A stretch of DNA of 64,000 bases from the IMG/VR virus record IMGVR_UViG_3300008262_000055; one strand, given 5' to 3'. Positions 45,026 through 54,435 of the stretch are shown piece after piece. The notes beneath the pieces were generated by a model. It was not told the DNA's origin and made no database searches. It worked only from the letters and a program-made list of their open reading frames with translations. A program made the position numbers and the translations under genes. How positions within the stretch are numbered: position 1 is the stretch's first letter; every line of letters starts with the position of its first letter. The stretch comes from a virus. Taxonomy: Duplodnaviria > Caudoviricetes.

Positions 45026-47692
45026 TCACTCAAAATCAAACAATTTGCTGAATGTATTATCCGACCTAGTTGAACTGATGTCCCATTCCAAAACACCAAT
45101 TAGGTTTTCTAACTTTTCATCGATAACTGTGGTTTCCATTTCACCGTCGGCGAAAGGCAAGTCTTTGAACCATTGAGGAAGTCTAAGCTCGTCAACAGGA
45201 TAAGCTACACTAGTATAGCCCATTGGATTATCTTTGATCTTACATACAATGACTTTAGCACCATCAGTGATACTCATGCTGTATTTGTCATCATTCATGC
45301 GTTTCAAAGTATTCCAATTTAAGCTAGCTCGAACATGTCCTGGCATGTTTGCTTTGCCTTGTTTCTTTTCTTTGGCCTGATACTCAGTGATATTGTTGGC
45401 TCGTTTAGGAGAACCTTTTTCCCAACCCGGCCGTGTTTTAAATTCAGTTCTAAAATTAGTAATGTATTCTAGGACTTCTTCTTTAGGCACACCGTTTAGG
45501 ACTTGTTCTAGCACTTGACTTAAGAAATCTTGAATAACAACTGGAGTGTCTGAACGTTTAAGATCTAGACCCATAGCCTTGATCTTTCCCGGTTTACCAT
45601 TTACATCTGCTCGTTTACCTTCTTTATCATAATAAAGAACAGCATAGCGTTTCTTAGTAATAAACAGACCTTTTGAAGCTACTAGTTCTCTTCCTGCTTT
45701 GATAACTTCGCCGCGAGTTTTAGGACAATGAAACTTATCTTGCATCATTTTAGGAAAGCTGGCATTTACCTCATCTGCTATTTGGTCGTAGAGTTGGACT
45801 ACAGTTTCTTTATTCCAAGGTAACTGACCGCTTTCAATTTCTTTTTTCAACACAGGGTAAGCGGAAAAATAACAAGAGTCTGTGTCGCCGTAGATTACAG
45901 CTTTTCCTTTGTAATCATATTCGCCTGTGGCTATTTCATTTATTTTACCAGCCATGTGTCTAACAATCTGTCTACCACTAAGTGTAGTACTTTGACCAAT
46001 CCTGTTATCAAAGAATCTACAGCCGGGATTAAGAATAGCACCATACAGGCTGTTTAGGTTAATCTTTTTAACTAATTGACGCTTGTCCCAGTATTCTTCT
46101 TCTACTTTATTTCCGGCAGCAATACACTCTTTGAGTTTGGCCTGCATCTCTTTACGTTCAGCGTACCAGCGTTTTAACAATCCGGGAATAACACCTTCTT
46201 TTTCGTAAGTGAAAATTGTACCGTTAGCAGAAATCATCCAAGGTTGATTACTTTCGAAGATAAGGTCATAGATTTGAGCACCACTTAGGGTATCGCTACC
46301 CCCACCTTCCCAATCAATTGTAATTTCTTTGGCAATATTTCTTTCCATCACGAATTCGTATTCAAGACTACCAAATATACCTTCCCAAGCAGCAGCAAAT
46401 GATTTTCCCTTGCCCATTTCCTGTTCAATGTAATTTTTTGTATAGTCTTGACGTAATTGTCCAACAATAGTCTCTGGACCCATATTCAAAGCACGAATCG
46501 CTGACGGATACAGCGAGTTAATATCAACTGAACCGATCCATTCGTGGATACCTTTCTTTGGATACGCAACATACGCACCCGCAGCCGGCTCTGAACCAGG
46601 TTCTCTTCGGATCCTATTAGGAACAATCATTCCTCTTCGATGAGCTTCGTTAATAATAGCCTGTTCAGTAACAGCTACAGCACCCATAGTTGTCTGTAAT
46701 AATACAGTACATTCATGTGCTAGTTTGTTAGCAAGATCTAAAAACTTTAGTTTTTTGTCTAATTTATCTAACAAGGCCGTGTCTTGTCTATTGTATTCAA
46801 TGAACTTACGGAAATCGTTGTTATACAGTTGATCCAACGTACCTTCGTAGACAGTCTTGTTCTCACCTATCTCCATTTCTCCAATAGCATCAAGTCTGTA
46901 TGTGTGGCGTTCTTCATAGGTATATTTGCGGTACAACTCGAGACTGTCCAGATGAACACGACCAACAAGGTCATAAGTAACAGCTTGCCTTCCATACTTC
47001 TCATACTCTCGTTTCTTTGGATATTGATCCCACAGACAGAATCTACGTGTGTCGTCTTTGCTTAATACCTTGGTTACACGATTAACAGTATAAGGAATAT
47101 CAAAGCCTTCTGAGTTCCATCCGCTTAATACATCGGCGTCTTGGATTAAATTTAGGAAGTTGTCTAACAGCTCTGCTTCTGTTTCAAAAATATAAGTATT
47201 AGGAAATTCTGCTACTGCTTGTTTAGCTTCTTCTACGGTGAGAGTTTTTGGAGGTATAGCTAAACATACTAGAGTATCTAACCATTGTAAGTGTACAGCA
47301 ATAGCAGTTATAGGCATAAACGCATCTTCTGGTGATGCGTAGCCACGCTCAGGATCAAAGTCTACTTCAATGTCAAAGAATGCTACATGTAATTTGGGGG
47401 AGTCTTGATTTAGATAATTGTCTTCTAGACATCGATAAATTGGATTTATATCCGATTCATACAGCTTCATACCGCTGTGTATTTTAAGTTCTTTATGTAG
47501 GTCTTTGAGATTTTTACAAGTTACACGGCTAAGTGGTTCGCCGTTAGTACTAGTATATTTGCCCTTAGGGTCTTGAAAGTAAAAGATATGTCGAGCAGGA
47601 TATTCTTTAAAATGTCTATGGCCATTATCGTCTCGTTCAACGATGTGGATAGTATCCTGATCGCGATTATAGAATGCGTCAACGTAACTCAA
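45026..47692 (-). CDS. polB: Family B DNA polymerase (gp43-like)
   Basis: Exo I DIEVD, Exo II NSEGFD, Exo III YNRQD; motif A DINSLYPS, motif B KINLNSLYG, motif C YGDTDS. TTG start with AGGAG. Confidence 0.97.
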   Translation of the reverse strand: MSYVDAFYNRDQDTIHIVERDDNGHRHFKEYPARHIFYFQDPKGKYTSTNGEPLSRVTCKNLKDLHKELKIHSGMKLYESDINPIYRCLEDNYLNQDSPKLHVAFFDIEVDFDPERGYASPEDAFMPITAIAVHLQWLDTLVCLAIPPKTLTVEEAKQAVAEFPNTYIFETEAELLDNFLNLIQDADVLSGWNSEGFDIPYTVNRVTKVLSKDDTRRFCLWDQYPKKREYEKYGRQAVTYDLVGRVHLDSLELYRKYTYEERHTYRLDAIGEMEIGENKTVYEGTLDQLYNNDFRKFIEYNRQDTALLDKLDKKLKFLDLANKLAHECTVLLQTTMGAVAVTEQAIINEAHRRGMIVPNRIRREPGSEPAAGAYVAYPKKGIHEWIGSVDINSLYPSAIRALNMGPETIVGQLRQDYTKNYIEQEMGKGKSFAAAWEGIFGSLEYEFVMERNIAKEITIDWEGGGSDTLSGAQIYDLIFESNQPWMISANGTIFTYEKEGVIPGLLKRWYAERKEMQAKLKECIAAGNKVEEEYWDKRQLVKKINLNSLYGAILNPGCRFFDNRIGQSTTLSGRQIVRHMAGKINEIATGEYDYKGKAVIYGDTDSCYFSAYPVLKKEIESGQLPWNKETVVQLYDQIADEVNASFPKMMQDKFHCPKTRGEVIKAGRELVASKGLFITKKRYAVLYYDKEGKRADVNGKPGKIKAMGLDLKRSDTPVVIQDFLSQVLEQVLNGVPKEEVLEYITNFRTEFKTRPGWEKGSPKRANNITEYQAKEKKQGKANMPGHVRASLNWNTLKRMNDDKYSMSITDGAKVIVCKIKDNPMGYTSVAYPVDELRLPQWFKDLPFADGEMETTVIDEKLENLIGVLEWDISSTRSDNTFSKLFDFE

Positions 47693-47704
47693 ATTTTTCT
47701 CCTA

Positions 47705-47749
47705 TGCCATTTGCGGCTGGCAAACCAAACAGATCATTTATGGCTGATC
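47705..47749 (-). promoter_or_regulatory. Twin-hairpin putative translational operator of polB
   Basis: GATCA-GCCATAAA-TGATC and TGCCA-GCCGCAAA-TGGCA each form a 5-bp stem with an 8-nt loop; the second ends 1 nt before the AGGAG SD. Confidence 0.75.
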
Positions 47750-47760
47750 AAACCTTATTC

Positions 47761-48051
47761 TTAAGTACTTAGCATCCTAACTAACCCTACTGAGTCAATT
47801 GTGACCAACAATAGGTAATTAGCCAGCATCCCAAAGGAACCACGACTATAAGCACACCCAGCGTATATAGCACAACCAGTAATCCAAATTGGGTAAAGTA
47901 TAATGAGAGGTGGTGTTGGAACGGTGAGTGCCATAGTGATAGAACAGCCAATGCTAATAGCCCAAGCAACGACCTCAAGACAAAAACGAACTCCATTGCT
48001 CGAATAGTCTTGTTTGATCCATGTAGCTGTTCCATTTAAAATATCTATCAT
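47761..48051 (-). CDS. Small multi-pass membrane protein
   Basis: 96 aa with three hydrophobic segments. Confidence 0.6.
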   Translation of the reverse strand: MIDILNGTATWIKQDYSSNGVRFCLEVVAWAISIGCSITMALTVPTPPLIILYPIWITGCAIYAGCAYSRGSFGMLANYLLLVTIDSVGLVRMLST

Positions 48052-48308
48052 TCGGGTAATCTTTTTGTAACACCTAAGATCATTTCAATTTCGTCCCACT
48101 CTTCTTCATGGGATTTCCAATTATCTTTATGTGCGATTTTAATTGCTTTGTTAATAATACTAGGTTTTACTTGTAATTCTTCTGCGACTGCTTTTACAGT
48201 TTCTTTAAGACCTTCACTTAAATCTTCAATTTCACGAAGTACATTACCACCTTCGTTAATCAATCTTTCTAATTTTGCTTTTTCTTCAGGTCCGTACATT
48301 TTTGCCAT
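48048..48308 (-). CDS. T4 DsbA/GapR-like dsDNA-binding protein
   Basis: Start MAKMYG at 48308 (GGAG SD); LKETVKAVAEELQVKPSIINKAIKIAHKDNW resembles the T4 DsbA core. Confidence 0.55.
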   Translation of the reverse strand: MAKMYGPEEKAKLERLINEGGNVLREIEDLSEGLKETVKAVAEELQVKPSIINKAIKIAHKDNWKSHEEEWDEIEMILGVTKRLPE

Positions 48309-48333
48309 TTGTAAACTCCAAGTAATAATGTAT

Positions 48334-48362
48334 ATTATATAGTCATAAAAAAAGCCAGTCAA
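48334..48362 (-). promoter_or_regulatory. sigma70 promoter
   Basis: TTGACT-N17-TATAAT; the -35 lies in the terminator stem. Confidence 0.7.
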
Positions 48363-48378
48363 GTAATGACTGGCTTTT
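48347..48378 (-). terminator. Rho-independent terminator of the head-internal-protein block
   Basis: 12-bp stem AAAAGCCAGTCA/TGACTGGCTTTT, 5-nt loop, T-run on the - strand. Confidence 0.85.
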
Positions 48379-48394
48379 GTTTACCAAAAGAAAT

Positions 48395-49348
48395 TTATTC
48401 TTTGATAATTTTATGTAGGTTCCATTCGCCGCCCATTCTTTCATAGGTAGCAGCAGCAAATGCCTGTGCTTGAACAGATTCGTTAAATTTGCTCTTACCT
48501 ACACGCTCTGCCCATGACCATAAATCTTTGTCCATAGGATCAATTTGAAATTGGCCTCTACTTTCTCTAACTACTTGAAGTGCTGTAGCAAAGGATAATG
48601 ATTCTTTAGCTTTCTTTTTGCCAAAGAATTTTTCTTGCTTGGCTGACATGCCTTTCTTAGCACCGTCTTTGGCAGCAGGTGTTTTACCTTTTCCTAGGTC
48701 CTTAGGACCTTTTCCGTCTTGTGCGTAATCCGGAATGCCGTCTTTGTTAGCGTCTGGCTTGGCACCTTCTTTAACAGATTCGTCTTTTTTACGATTGTCA
48801 AATTTTTCGCCGTCTTTCATACCCCAGGTCTTAGCACTCTTTGGAGATTGTTTTTGTTTTGGAGCACGATCTTTCTTTTCCGCTGCTGACATTGACTTAG
48901 CATGGCTCTTTTTACCCTTGCCTGACTTCTCTTCGCTGTCCCCGCCATCGTCGTAGCTTTCTGGATCACGTTCGTGTTTGATACCAGTTGCTGTTTTAGT
49001 AATTGTGCCACCGGAAGCTGATTTCTTTTTGTCGCCAACTTTCATTTCTTCTTTAACAGCTTCGGTTGTCTTTTTAGCTGTTGCTGTAGCAATAGCCATC
49101 TTTTTAGATTTTTTCATGCTAGGGTCGTCTTTTTCGATTGCCTTAGCAACTTCTTCTTTCTTTTTCTTTTCGGCTGCTGTTAATTTCTTTTCAGCAATAA
49201 CAGATTCAGTTAGTTTTGTAACACCAGCTAGAACACGTAATTCTGTGCCTTCGTCTAATCTAATAGGATCGGCTTGTTTTGGTGCTTGAACTCCCTTTGG
49301 AGGAGCAGACAAATTGTCTAGTTTGTTAATTATAGATTTAAAATCCAT
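48395..49348 (-). CDS. Lys-rich modular protein, probable head-internal/scaffold-type
   Basis: Start MDFKSIINKL at 49348; ELRVLAG motif; K/D/E-rich modules separated by xxE sites. Confidence 0.55.
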   Translation of the reverse strand: MDFKSIINKLDNLSAPPKGVQAPKQADPIRLDEGTELRVLAGVTKLTESVIAEKKLTAAEKKKKEEVAKAIEKDDPSMKKSKKMAIATATAKKTTEAVKEEMKVGDKKKSASGGTITKTATGIKHERDPESYDDGGDSEEKSGKGKKSHAKSMSAAEKKDRAPKQKQSPKSAKTWGMKDGEKFDNRKKDESVKEGAKPDANKDGIPDYAQDGKGPKDLGKGKTPAAKDGAKKGMSAKQEKFFGKKKAKESLSFATALQVVRESRGQFQIDPMDKDLWSWAERVGKSKFNESVQAQAFAAATYERMGGEWNLHKIIKE

Positions 49349-49352
49349 GTTC

Positions 49353-49691
49353 TTATCCTTGTGTCTTAAATTTTTTCCATTGATCTGTGAGGTTTTCAGC
49401 AACTTCAGCAGTTAATGATTCGTCTGGTTCAGAGTCCAACGACATTTCGTCATCCATTTTAGGTTCTTCGAATTTCTTTTGATATTCCATATAATGTGCT
49501 ACAGAATCTAGATAATCAGCTGCTTTAGTGATCTTAGCAGCTACCCATCCTTCTAAATTATCGCCGGGCTTGATCATATGGAAGATCTTAATAGCATATT
49601 CAGCAGACTTGTATAGTTCTGCTCTAGCCATAGAAGCTTCGTGGTCTTGAGGACCTAGATCGTTATCTTCATTAAACACATTGTTTTTCAT
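49353..49691 (-). CDS. Probable head-internal protein
   Basis: MKNNVFNE..DHEASMARAEL..LEGWVAAKIT; preceded by GATAAATA (49697-49704). Confidence 0.55.
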   Translation of the reverse strand: MKNNVFNEDNDLGPQDHEASMARAELYKSAEYAIKIFHMIKPGDNLEGWVAAKITKAADYLDSVAHYMEYQKKFEEPKMDDEMSLDSEPDESLTAEVAENLTDQWKKFKTQG

Positions 49692-49699
49692 AGTAGTAT

Positions 49700-49891
49700 T
49701 TATCTTTTTACCAAAGAGCCGCCTGAAAGCAGGTTTCCGCCTTTTAGATCTAATGCGTTAGGAGCAGTACCGTCTTTTCGTTTTTTAGGCTGCTTTCCTT
49801 TGACATTAGGGTAAGCTACCCCTACGGAAACATTAGCTGCTGATGTAGCACCTGCTGTAGCTGTTTCTTGAATAATATCTTTAATTTTCAT
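49700..49891 (-). CDS. Small basic protein, probable head-internal
   Basis: MKIKDIIQE|TATAGATS. Confidence 0.55.
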   Translation of the reverse strand: MKIKDIIQETATAGATSAANVSVGVAYPNVKGKQPKKRKDGTAPNALDLKGGNLLSGGSLVKR

Positions 49892-50073
49892 TTAATTTCT
49901 CTAACATTGCTAACTAGGGCAGTTTTTCCATACTGTGCTTTGATTAATCTACGGGCCATTTCTTGATTCTTAGCAGTAATAGTAGTATCTATAACTTGGC
50001 TATAGCCGGTCTGCTTGACTCGTACTTTAGCAGCAAAGAATTTAAACTGACCTGTGATCTCTTCAATCTTCAT
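49888..50073 (-). CDS. Small basic protein
   Basis: MKIEEI..; preceded by GTAAATA (50078-50084). Confidence 0.55.
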   Translation of the reverse strand: MKIEEITGQFKFFAAKVRVKQTGYSQVIDTTITAKNQEMARRLIKAQYGKTALVSNVREIK

Positions 50074-50076
50074 AGC

Positions 50077-51249
50077 TTATTTACCGCTTTTCATATTGGC
50101 ACACCAATGATACATTTTAGCCTTTTCGCCGGAAGCATTCTTGGCTTTTTTTCTTAAATCAGTTACTGATCCATCACAACTAGCACCGGCACGTTTTACA
50201 CGCCCTGGCCTACTTTTGCCTTTGACTTTGCCATCGGCAAAATTTTCTACGTTGTACCTAGGATCAGTTTTTTGACGCTTCATTCCCTTAGGTTGTTTAG
50301 GATCAACCGGATCAATATCAGTAGTAGTTAATCCTGTTTTTTCTAAATCTTGAATATACTTGTGTTCTTCTTCTTCGTCACCAAACGATAAAATAGTACT
50401 TGGAGGCCCTTGGCCAAAATCGTGCTTGCCTAATCCCTTAAGATTAGCAATATGCATTCCTAGTTTATACCAATCGTAGACATCACTGACATCAACTTTT
50501 ACTGTACCTTTTGGCATAGTAGGTTTAGCTTCCGGACCATATGGCTCATCATTAACGTGTCGATCTTCACCACCAGCACCGTCCCCGCCGATACCACCAT
50601 CACCGCTGTACCCTACTGCTGTACCGTAATAGCCATATGGTCCTGGACCATAAGCAGCCCACCGACTACGTTTCTTTTTTCTTCTAGCTTCGTCTATGTT
50701 TTCAGTTGGCGTATTAGATAAAATTTCTTTAGCATCACGTAACCCGTCTAATACTTTTTTAAGACTGTCTTCATCTGCTTGATATTTGATAGCAATCCCG
50801 CCAGCAGCCTGCCACTTTCTAATGTTTACACCATAGTCGTCAATTAGTATATTAGGTACACCATTGGTATTAGCATACATTTGTTTTTCATGTTCAAACA
50901 CCCACGCATCGGCAGGCACGTTGATATGTTTTGCTAACCACTCTTTCTTGCCTTTGATACTACCTGCTTTGTCAAAGTTTAATGGACTACTTAAGATTTT
51001 GTATCCGCCAGCAAAGTTTTTAACAATGCTTAATAATTTATTAGCGGTAGGAAATGCTGGAAGTCCTTTAAAAAGTTCGTAGGCATTTGAATCTTTAAAA
51101 AACGTTTCCCATTGATCCTGAGTCATCTTGTTGTAATGTTCTACATCGTGTAATCCGCCAACGTGATTAAACAAGTCAGCAAGAACACCGTCCATGTCAA
51201 CGTAGACTGTAACACCTTTAGGTAACTGATTTAATTCTTTAGCTCGCAT
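50077..51249 (-). CDS. HAD 5'(3')-deoxyribonucleotidase-like domain fused to low-complexity/basic modules
   Basis: MRAKEL start (TGATG coupling); YVDMDGVLAD and ILIDD HAD motifs, then a G/Y-rich linker and the C-terminal NFADGK..HWCANMKSGK module. Confidence 0.75.
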   Translation of the reverse strand: MRAKELNQLPKGVTVYVDMDGVLADLFNHVGGLHDVEHYNKMTQDQWETFFKDSNAYELFKGLPAFPTANKLLSIVKNFAGGYKILSSPLNFDKAGSIKGKKEWLAKHINVPADAWVFEHEKQMYANTNGVPNILIDDYGVNIRKWQAAGGIAIKYQADEDSLKKVLDGLRDAKEILSNTPTENIDEARRKKKRSRWAAYGPGPYGYYGTAVGYSGDGGIGGDGAGGEDRHVNDEPYGPEAKPTMPKGTVKVDVSDVYDWYKLGMHIANLKGLGKHDFGQGPPSTILSFGDEEEEHKYIQDLEKTGLTTTDIDPVDPKQPKGMKRQKTDPRYNVENFADGKVKGKSRPGRVKRAGASCDGSVTDLRKKAKNASGEKAKMYHWCANMKSGK

Positions 51250-51323
51250 CAATGATCACCGTAAGGATTTATTGGACGATCTTCTTCGCTCTGTTGTTCG
51301 GGGTATACTGGATATTTGTTCAT
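51249..51323 (-). CDS. 24-aa peptide (not in the ORF track)
   Basis: [24 protein letters not shown]; coupled by ATGA and TGATG overlaps on both sides. Confidence 0.55.
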   Translation of the reverse strand: MNKYPVYPEQQSEEDRPINPYGDH

Positions 51324-51646
51324 ATTGAAAAACTGCTTCCGCAACCGCAAGTTGTTTGTGCGTTGGGATTTTTAATAGTAAATTGACTGCCATTAATGTC
51401 GTCTGTATAATCTATCTGAGCACCAGTTAGATACTGCATACTCATAGCATCAATAACAACTTTCCAGCGATCACTAAGTGCTATCTCAAAGTCGTCATCG
51501 TTTTGTGCTTCGTCAAAAGTAAAACCGTAACTAAATCCTGAGCACCCACCTCCCTGAACAAATGTGCGTAACATTAGCTCTGGATTATTTTCTTCGTTTA
51601 GTAGATCAATTACTTTAGCTTTAGCTGATTCTGTTATCTCGACCAT
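51320..51646 (-). CDS. erpA: A-type Fe-S carrier (ErpA/IscA/HesB)
   Basis: GGGCSGFSY and TTCGCGSSF motifs. Confidence 0.9.
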   Translation of the reverse strand: MVEITESAKAKVIDLLNEENNPELMLRTFVQGGGCSGFSYGFTFDEAQNDDDFEIALSDRWKVVIDAMSMQYLTGAQIDYTDDINGSQFTIKNPNAQTTCGCGSSFSI

Positions 51647-51852
51647 TGATCATCTCCTACAGGTTTTTCGCCAGTCATATAAGGTAAACTGAACCATAGT
51701 TTAAACCATTCTGGTGTTCCGGGTTTTATATTGTGTTTCTTTTCTAATTGTCTTTTTTCTGTACCAGTGATGCTGATATTACTACCACCATAGGGTTGGT
51801 AGCCTTTAAATTCTTTAATACCGGCTAAACGTTTAAGATCTTCTATGTTCAT
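51634..51852 (-). CDS. Small protein, probable head-internal
   Basis: [12 protein letters not shown]; [13 protein letters not shown]. Confidence 0.55.
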   Translation of the reverse strand: MNIEDLKRLAGIKEFKGYQPYGGSNISITGTEKRQLEKKHNIKPGTPEWFKLWFSLPYMTGEKPVGDDQWSR

Positions 51853-52649
51853 TATTCTGTTGCTGGTTCACCAGTGATAGAAACTTCCCACTTTTTACCA
51901 GTGGCGGCAGTTTTTTTAGCAGCCCAATCTTTTAACTGGTAGTAGTGTTGTCTTTCACGCTCGTCGTCTGCGTAATATCCACGGCCTTTAAATACTTTCC
52001 ATTTCTTGCCGTTGATATAAACAGCAAAGTTATTTGGAGGTTCAGTATTGCCTTCGTCCCAATCTTCTGGATCTCTTGCTTCCATATTTGCCTCTTCGGG
52101 GAACACACGTTTTGCCACACCGCCCATATGAGATATTCTAGGATGCTGTGTATAGGTAAATCTTTCGTTAGGGTGTTTAGCTTTTAATTGTTCAAACGCT
52201 TCTTTAGCTTCTTCATATGTAGCGTATGCAGGACCAACAGCGTCCCATGCCTTAGGTGGCATTTCTAATTCAATATCTCGTTTGGTTTGATGACGCACTC
52301 TAAAGTAATGTGGATCTTCACCGGGATTAAGCTCTACGGTGCTTTCGGCCATGGCTTGATCTATATCTTGAATATTCACAGTGGTCAATTCACCGTTTGA
52401 TGCTTTGACTGTGACAGTGTTGCCCTCTACTGAGATCACAGTTCCGTATTGGGTTTTCATCCCAGGTTTGATTTGTGGGTCTCCATGGTCTTCCGCCACA
52501 CCTTGTTCAAACTGTTTAGCTTTATGTTTTACATCACCTTGTTTGGCTGCTTTCTTTTTATCTTTGTGGGCACCGGCCCCTGCAGTTTTTTGATTCTTAG
52601 CTACAAAGTTACGTGGCTTACTTGTTGGTATAAATTCTTTTGCTTTCAT
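51852..52649 (-). CDS. Modular protein, probable head-internal polyprotein
   Basis: MKAKEFI start; modules separated by QGVAE and QAMAE linkers. Confidence 0.55.
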   Translation of the reverse strand: MKAKEFIPTSKPRNFVAKNQKTAGAGAHKDKKKAAKQGDVKHKAKQFEQGVAEDHGDPQIKPGMKTQYGTVISVEGNTVTVKASNGELTTVNIQDIDQAMAESTVELNPGEDPHYFRVRHQTKRDIELEMPPKAWDAVGPAYATYEEAKEAFEQLKAKHPNERFTYTQHPRISHMGGVAKRVFPEEANMEARDPEDWDEGNTEPPNNFAVYINGKKWKVFKGRGYYADDERERQHYYQLKDWAAKKTAATGKKWEVSITGEPATE

Positions 52650-53332
52650 GATGATCTCTTTTGTTTAGGACCTTTACGAGTTTTCCATTTCTTATCAGTT
52701 GAGCACCAGTAGCGACCGTAGCTTTCTGAAACCCCTTCTGATATCCAAGGTTGTAATCCTTCTCTAACAGCAGAAAATACTGCTTCAACATCGCCCTGTA
52801 ATCCAGTAGCTAGTCCTGATTTAAATTTTTCAACGTCATTATCTATAGCAGCCTGTCTCATCTTAGTACCGCTCATGCCTTCTGCTCCCGGGGAGTCTGG
52901 ATCTCTCATGCCGCTAGACTGTATTTTTAAATTCTTAATATTATAATCACTACCGTTTCGATCATTTAGCAGCTGAGTGAATTCGGGCACTCGATCTGAA
53001 CCGCAGACCATGATTACTGTTTCGTAGCCTTTATCTTCTAGATACTTCATCATTTCTATAACTGTCTTAACAGATGTGTCACCTATAGGAATATTAGGAA
53101 ATGCTTTTTGTATAAAATGTAGTTTTGTATCAAATGGCAACGGATTTTCAAATCTTGTTTTGTTCTTTCCCGTAGGCTTATGAGTATGTGACACAAATAA
53201 GAAATGAGCATCTGCTGGTTGATCCATTACAGCTTTGATTAATTTTTCGTGACCAATAGTAGGAGGATTGAGTCTGCCAAAGGCAACTGCTACAGTTTTG
53301 TCTACTTGTTCAAAAAGTTCTTTAAGTCTCAT
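52646..53332 (-). CDS. HIGH-family nucleotidyl/cytidyltransferase-like protein
   Basis: AFGRLNPPTIGH (HxGH-like), VCGSDRV, MSGTKMR (KMSKS-like); N-terminus MRLKELFE. Confidence 0.8.
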   Translation of the reverse strand: MRLKELFEQVDKTVAVAFGRLNPPTIGHEKLIKAVMDQPADAHFLFVSHTHKPTGKNKTRFENPLPFDTKLHFIQKAFPNIPIGDTSVKTVIEMMKYLEDKGYETVIMVCGSDRVPEFTQLLNDRNGSDYNIKNLKIQSSGMRDPDSPGAEGMSGTKMRQAAIDNDVEKFKSGLATGLQGDVEAVFSAVREGLQPWISEGVSESYGRYWCSTDKKWKTRKGPKQKRSS

Positions 53333-53669
53333 AATCGCCGCGTTCTAAATAATTACATTGCTCTTCGGCAAATCTTTTACAAACTGCTTCAATAACTTCA
53401 TTGGTAAAAATGTCTTCTTCCACATCAGACATTTCGTATTCTGCACAGTATTTGGGAATTGCTGATTTTACAGCATTGAGATAAACATGATATTGCCCAG
53501 GTTCTCCACCTAATGCCTTGTGTTTCTTAATAGCTGGAAATAAACTTTGACTTACTAGATCGTTGTCATTGTCTATAAAAAATTTTAAATCAGATACATA
53601 ATCAATATCTGAATTTAATCTTTCGTCTTTGTTTTCTGACTCAGGGCCAAACAGTTCAAATAATCTCAT
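53322..53669 (-). CDS. Hypothetical protein, probable head-internal
   Basis: MRLFELF start at 53669, TAATG-coupled. Confidence 0.55.
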   Translation of the reverse strand: MRLFELFGPESENKDERLNSDIDYVSDLKFFIDNDNDLVSQSLFPAIKKHKALGGEPGQYHVYLNAVKSAIPKYCAEYEMSDVEEDIFTNEVIEAVCKRFAEEQCNYLERGDYET

Positions 53670-54409
53670 TACCAACTCCTACAAGACCAGTATCTCGCTT
53701 TCCAACGTGGTCCTGGATTTTTACAATTATGTCTAGCACGGAATGATTTTCTACGTGCTGGATTTGATTTTTTAATACGCATTTTCTTATCGCCAAAGTT
53801 TACTTTGACAATATTACCATTAGGCTTGCGTACATATACTTTTGATTTTTTAACATCGCCGGCCATCTTTTTACCTAACGGTACTTCACGGCCTTGATAC
53901 TTAGCTTCGTCTGTTTGATCTTCTTCTATATCTTCGCCCATCTTAACGCAGTTATCTACAGTCTTGCCGCCTTTCTGTTTGGTGCCCATACGCTTGTAGC
54001 CTTTCCAACAAGCCTTGCCATCAACACCTTTTTGTTTTTCTTCGTTGACTACTTCGCCTTCTAAGAATGTTAAACCTTCGTTGGTCAGCATATCTAAAGC
54101 AGTGTCATCTAGTTCAATTACAATACCATCTTCTAGGATATCTACAATTTCTGTAGCAATTTCGTGATCTTCAGAAAAGCTAATACCAAACCCGTCACCT
54201 ATCTCTAAAGATTCTGAAAATCCTTTAGATTTAGCTTCTCGTTCAAGATCTGCTTTACGTTGCTCTATAGCAGATGAAATTTCAGGGTCGGATGATGCTA
54301 CAGGATCTGCTTCTAGATCAGCTAGGGCTTTGCGTTTAGCTTCTAGATCTCCCTGATCTTTGAGGGAAGATTCGTTGATTACGTTTAATTTATTAAGAAT
54401 ATCTCGCAT
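53669..54409 (-). CDS. Modular protein with basic Cys/Trp modules, probable virion protein
   Basis: KACWKGY..DNCVK and RRKSFRARHNC..YWSCRSW modules after an acidic region; first gene downstream of the late motif at 54436. Confidence 0.6.
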   Translation of the reverse strand: MRDILNKLNVINESSLKDQGDLEAKRKALADLEADPVASSDPEISSAIEQRKADLEREAKSKGFSESLEIGDGFGISFSEDHEIATEIVDILEDGIVIELDDTALDMLTNEGLTFLEGEVVNEEKQKGVDGKACWKGYKRMGTKQKGGKTVDNCVKMGEDIEEDQTDEAKYQGREVPLGKKMAGDVKKSKVYVRKPNGNIVKVNFGDKKMRIKKSNPARRKSFRARHNCKNPGPRWKARYWSCRSW

Positions 54410-54435
54410 AGTATCTCTCTTTGAAGATGATACTA

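Noticed and set aside
45026-47692. Intron or intein in the DNA polymerase
   Set aside because: The ORF is a continuous 888 aa with normally spaced motifs and no splicing or endonuclease signatures.
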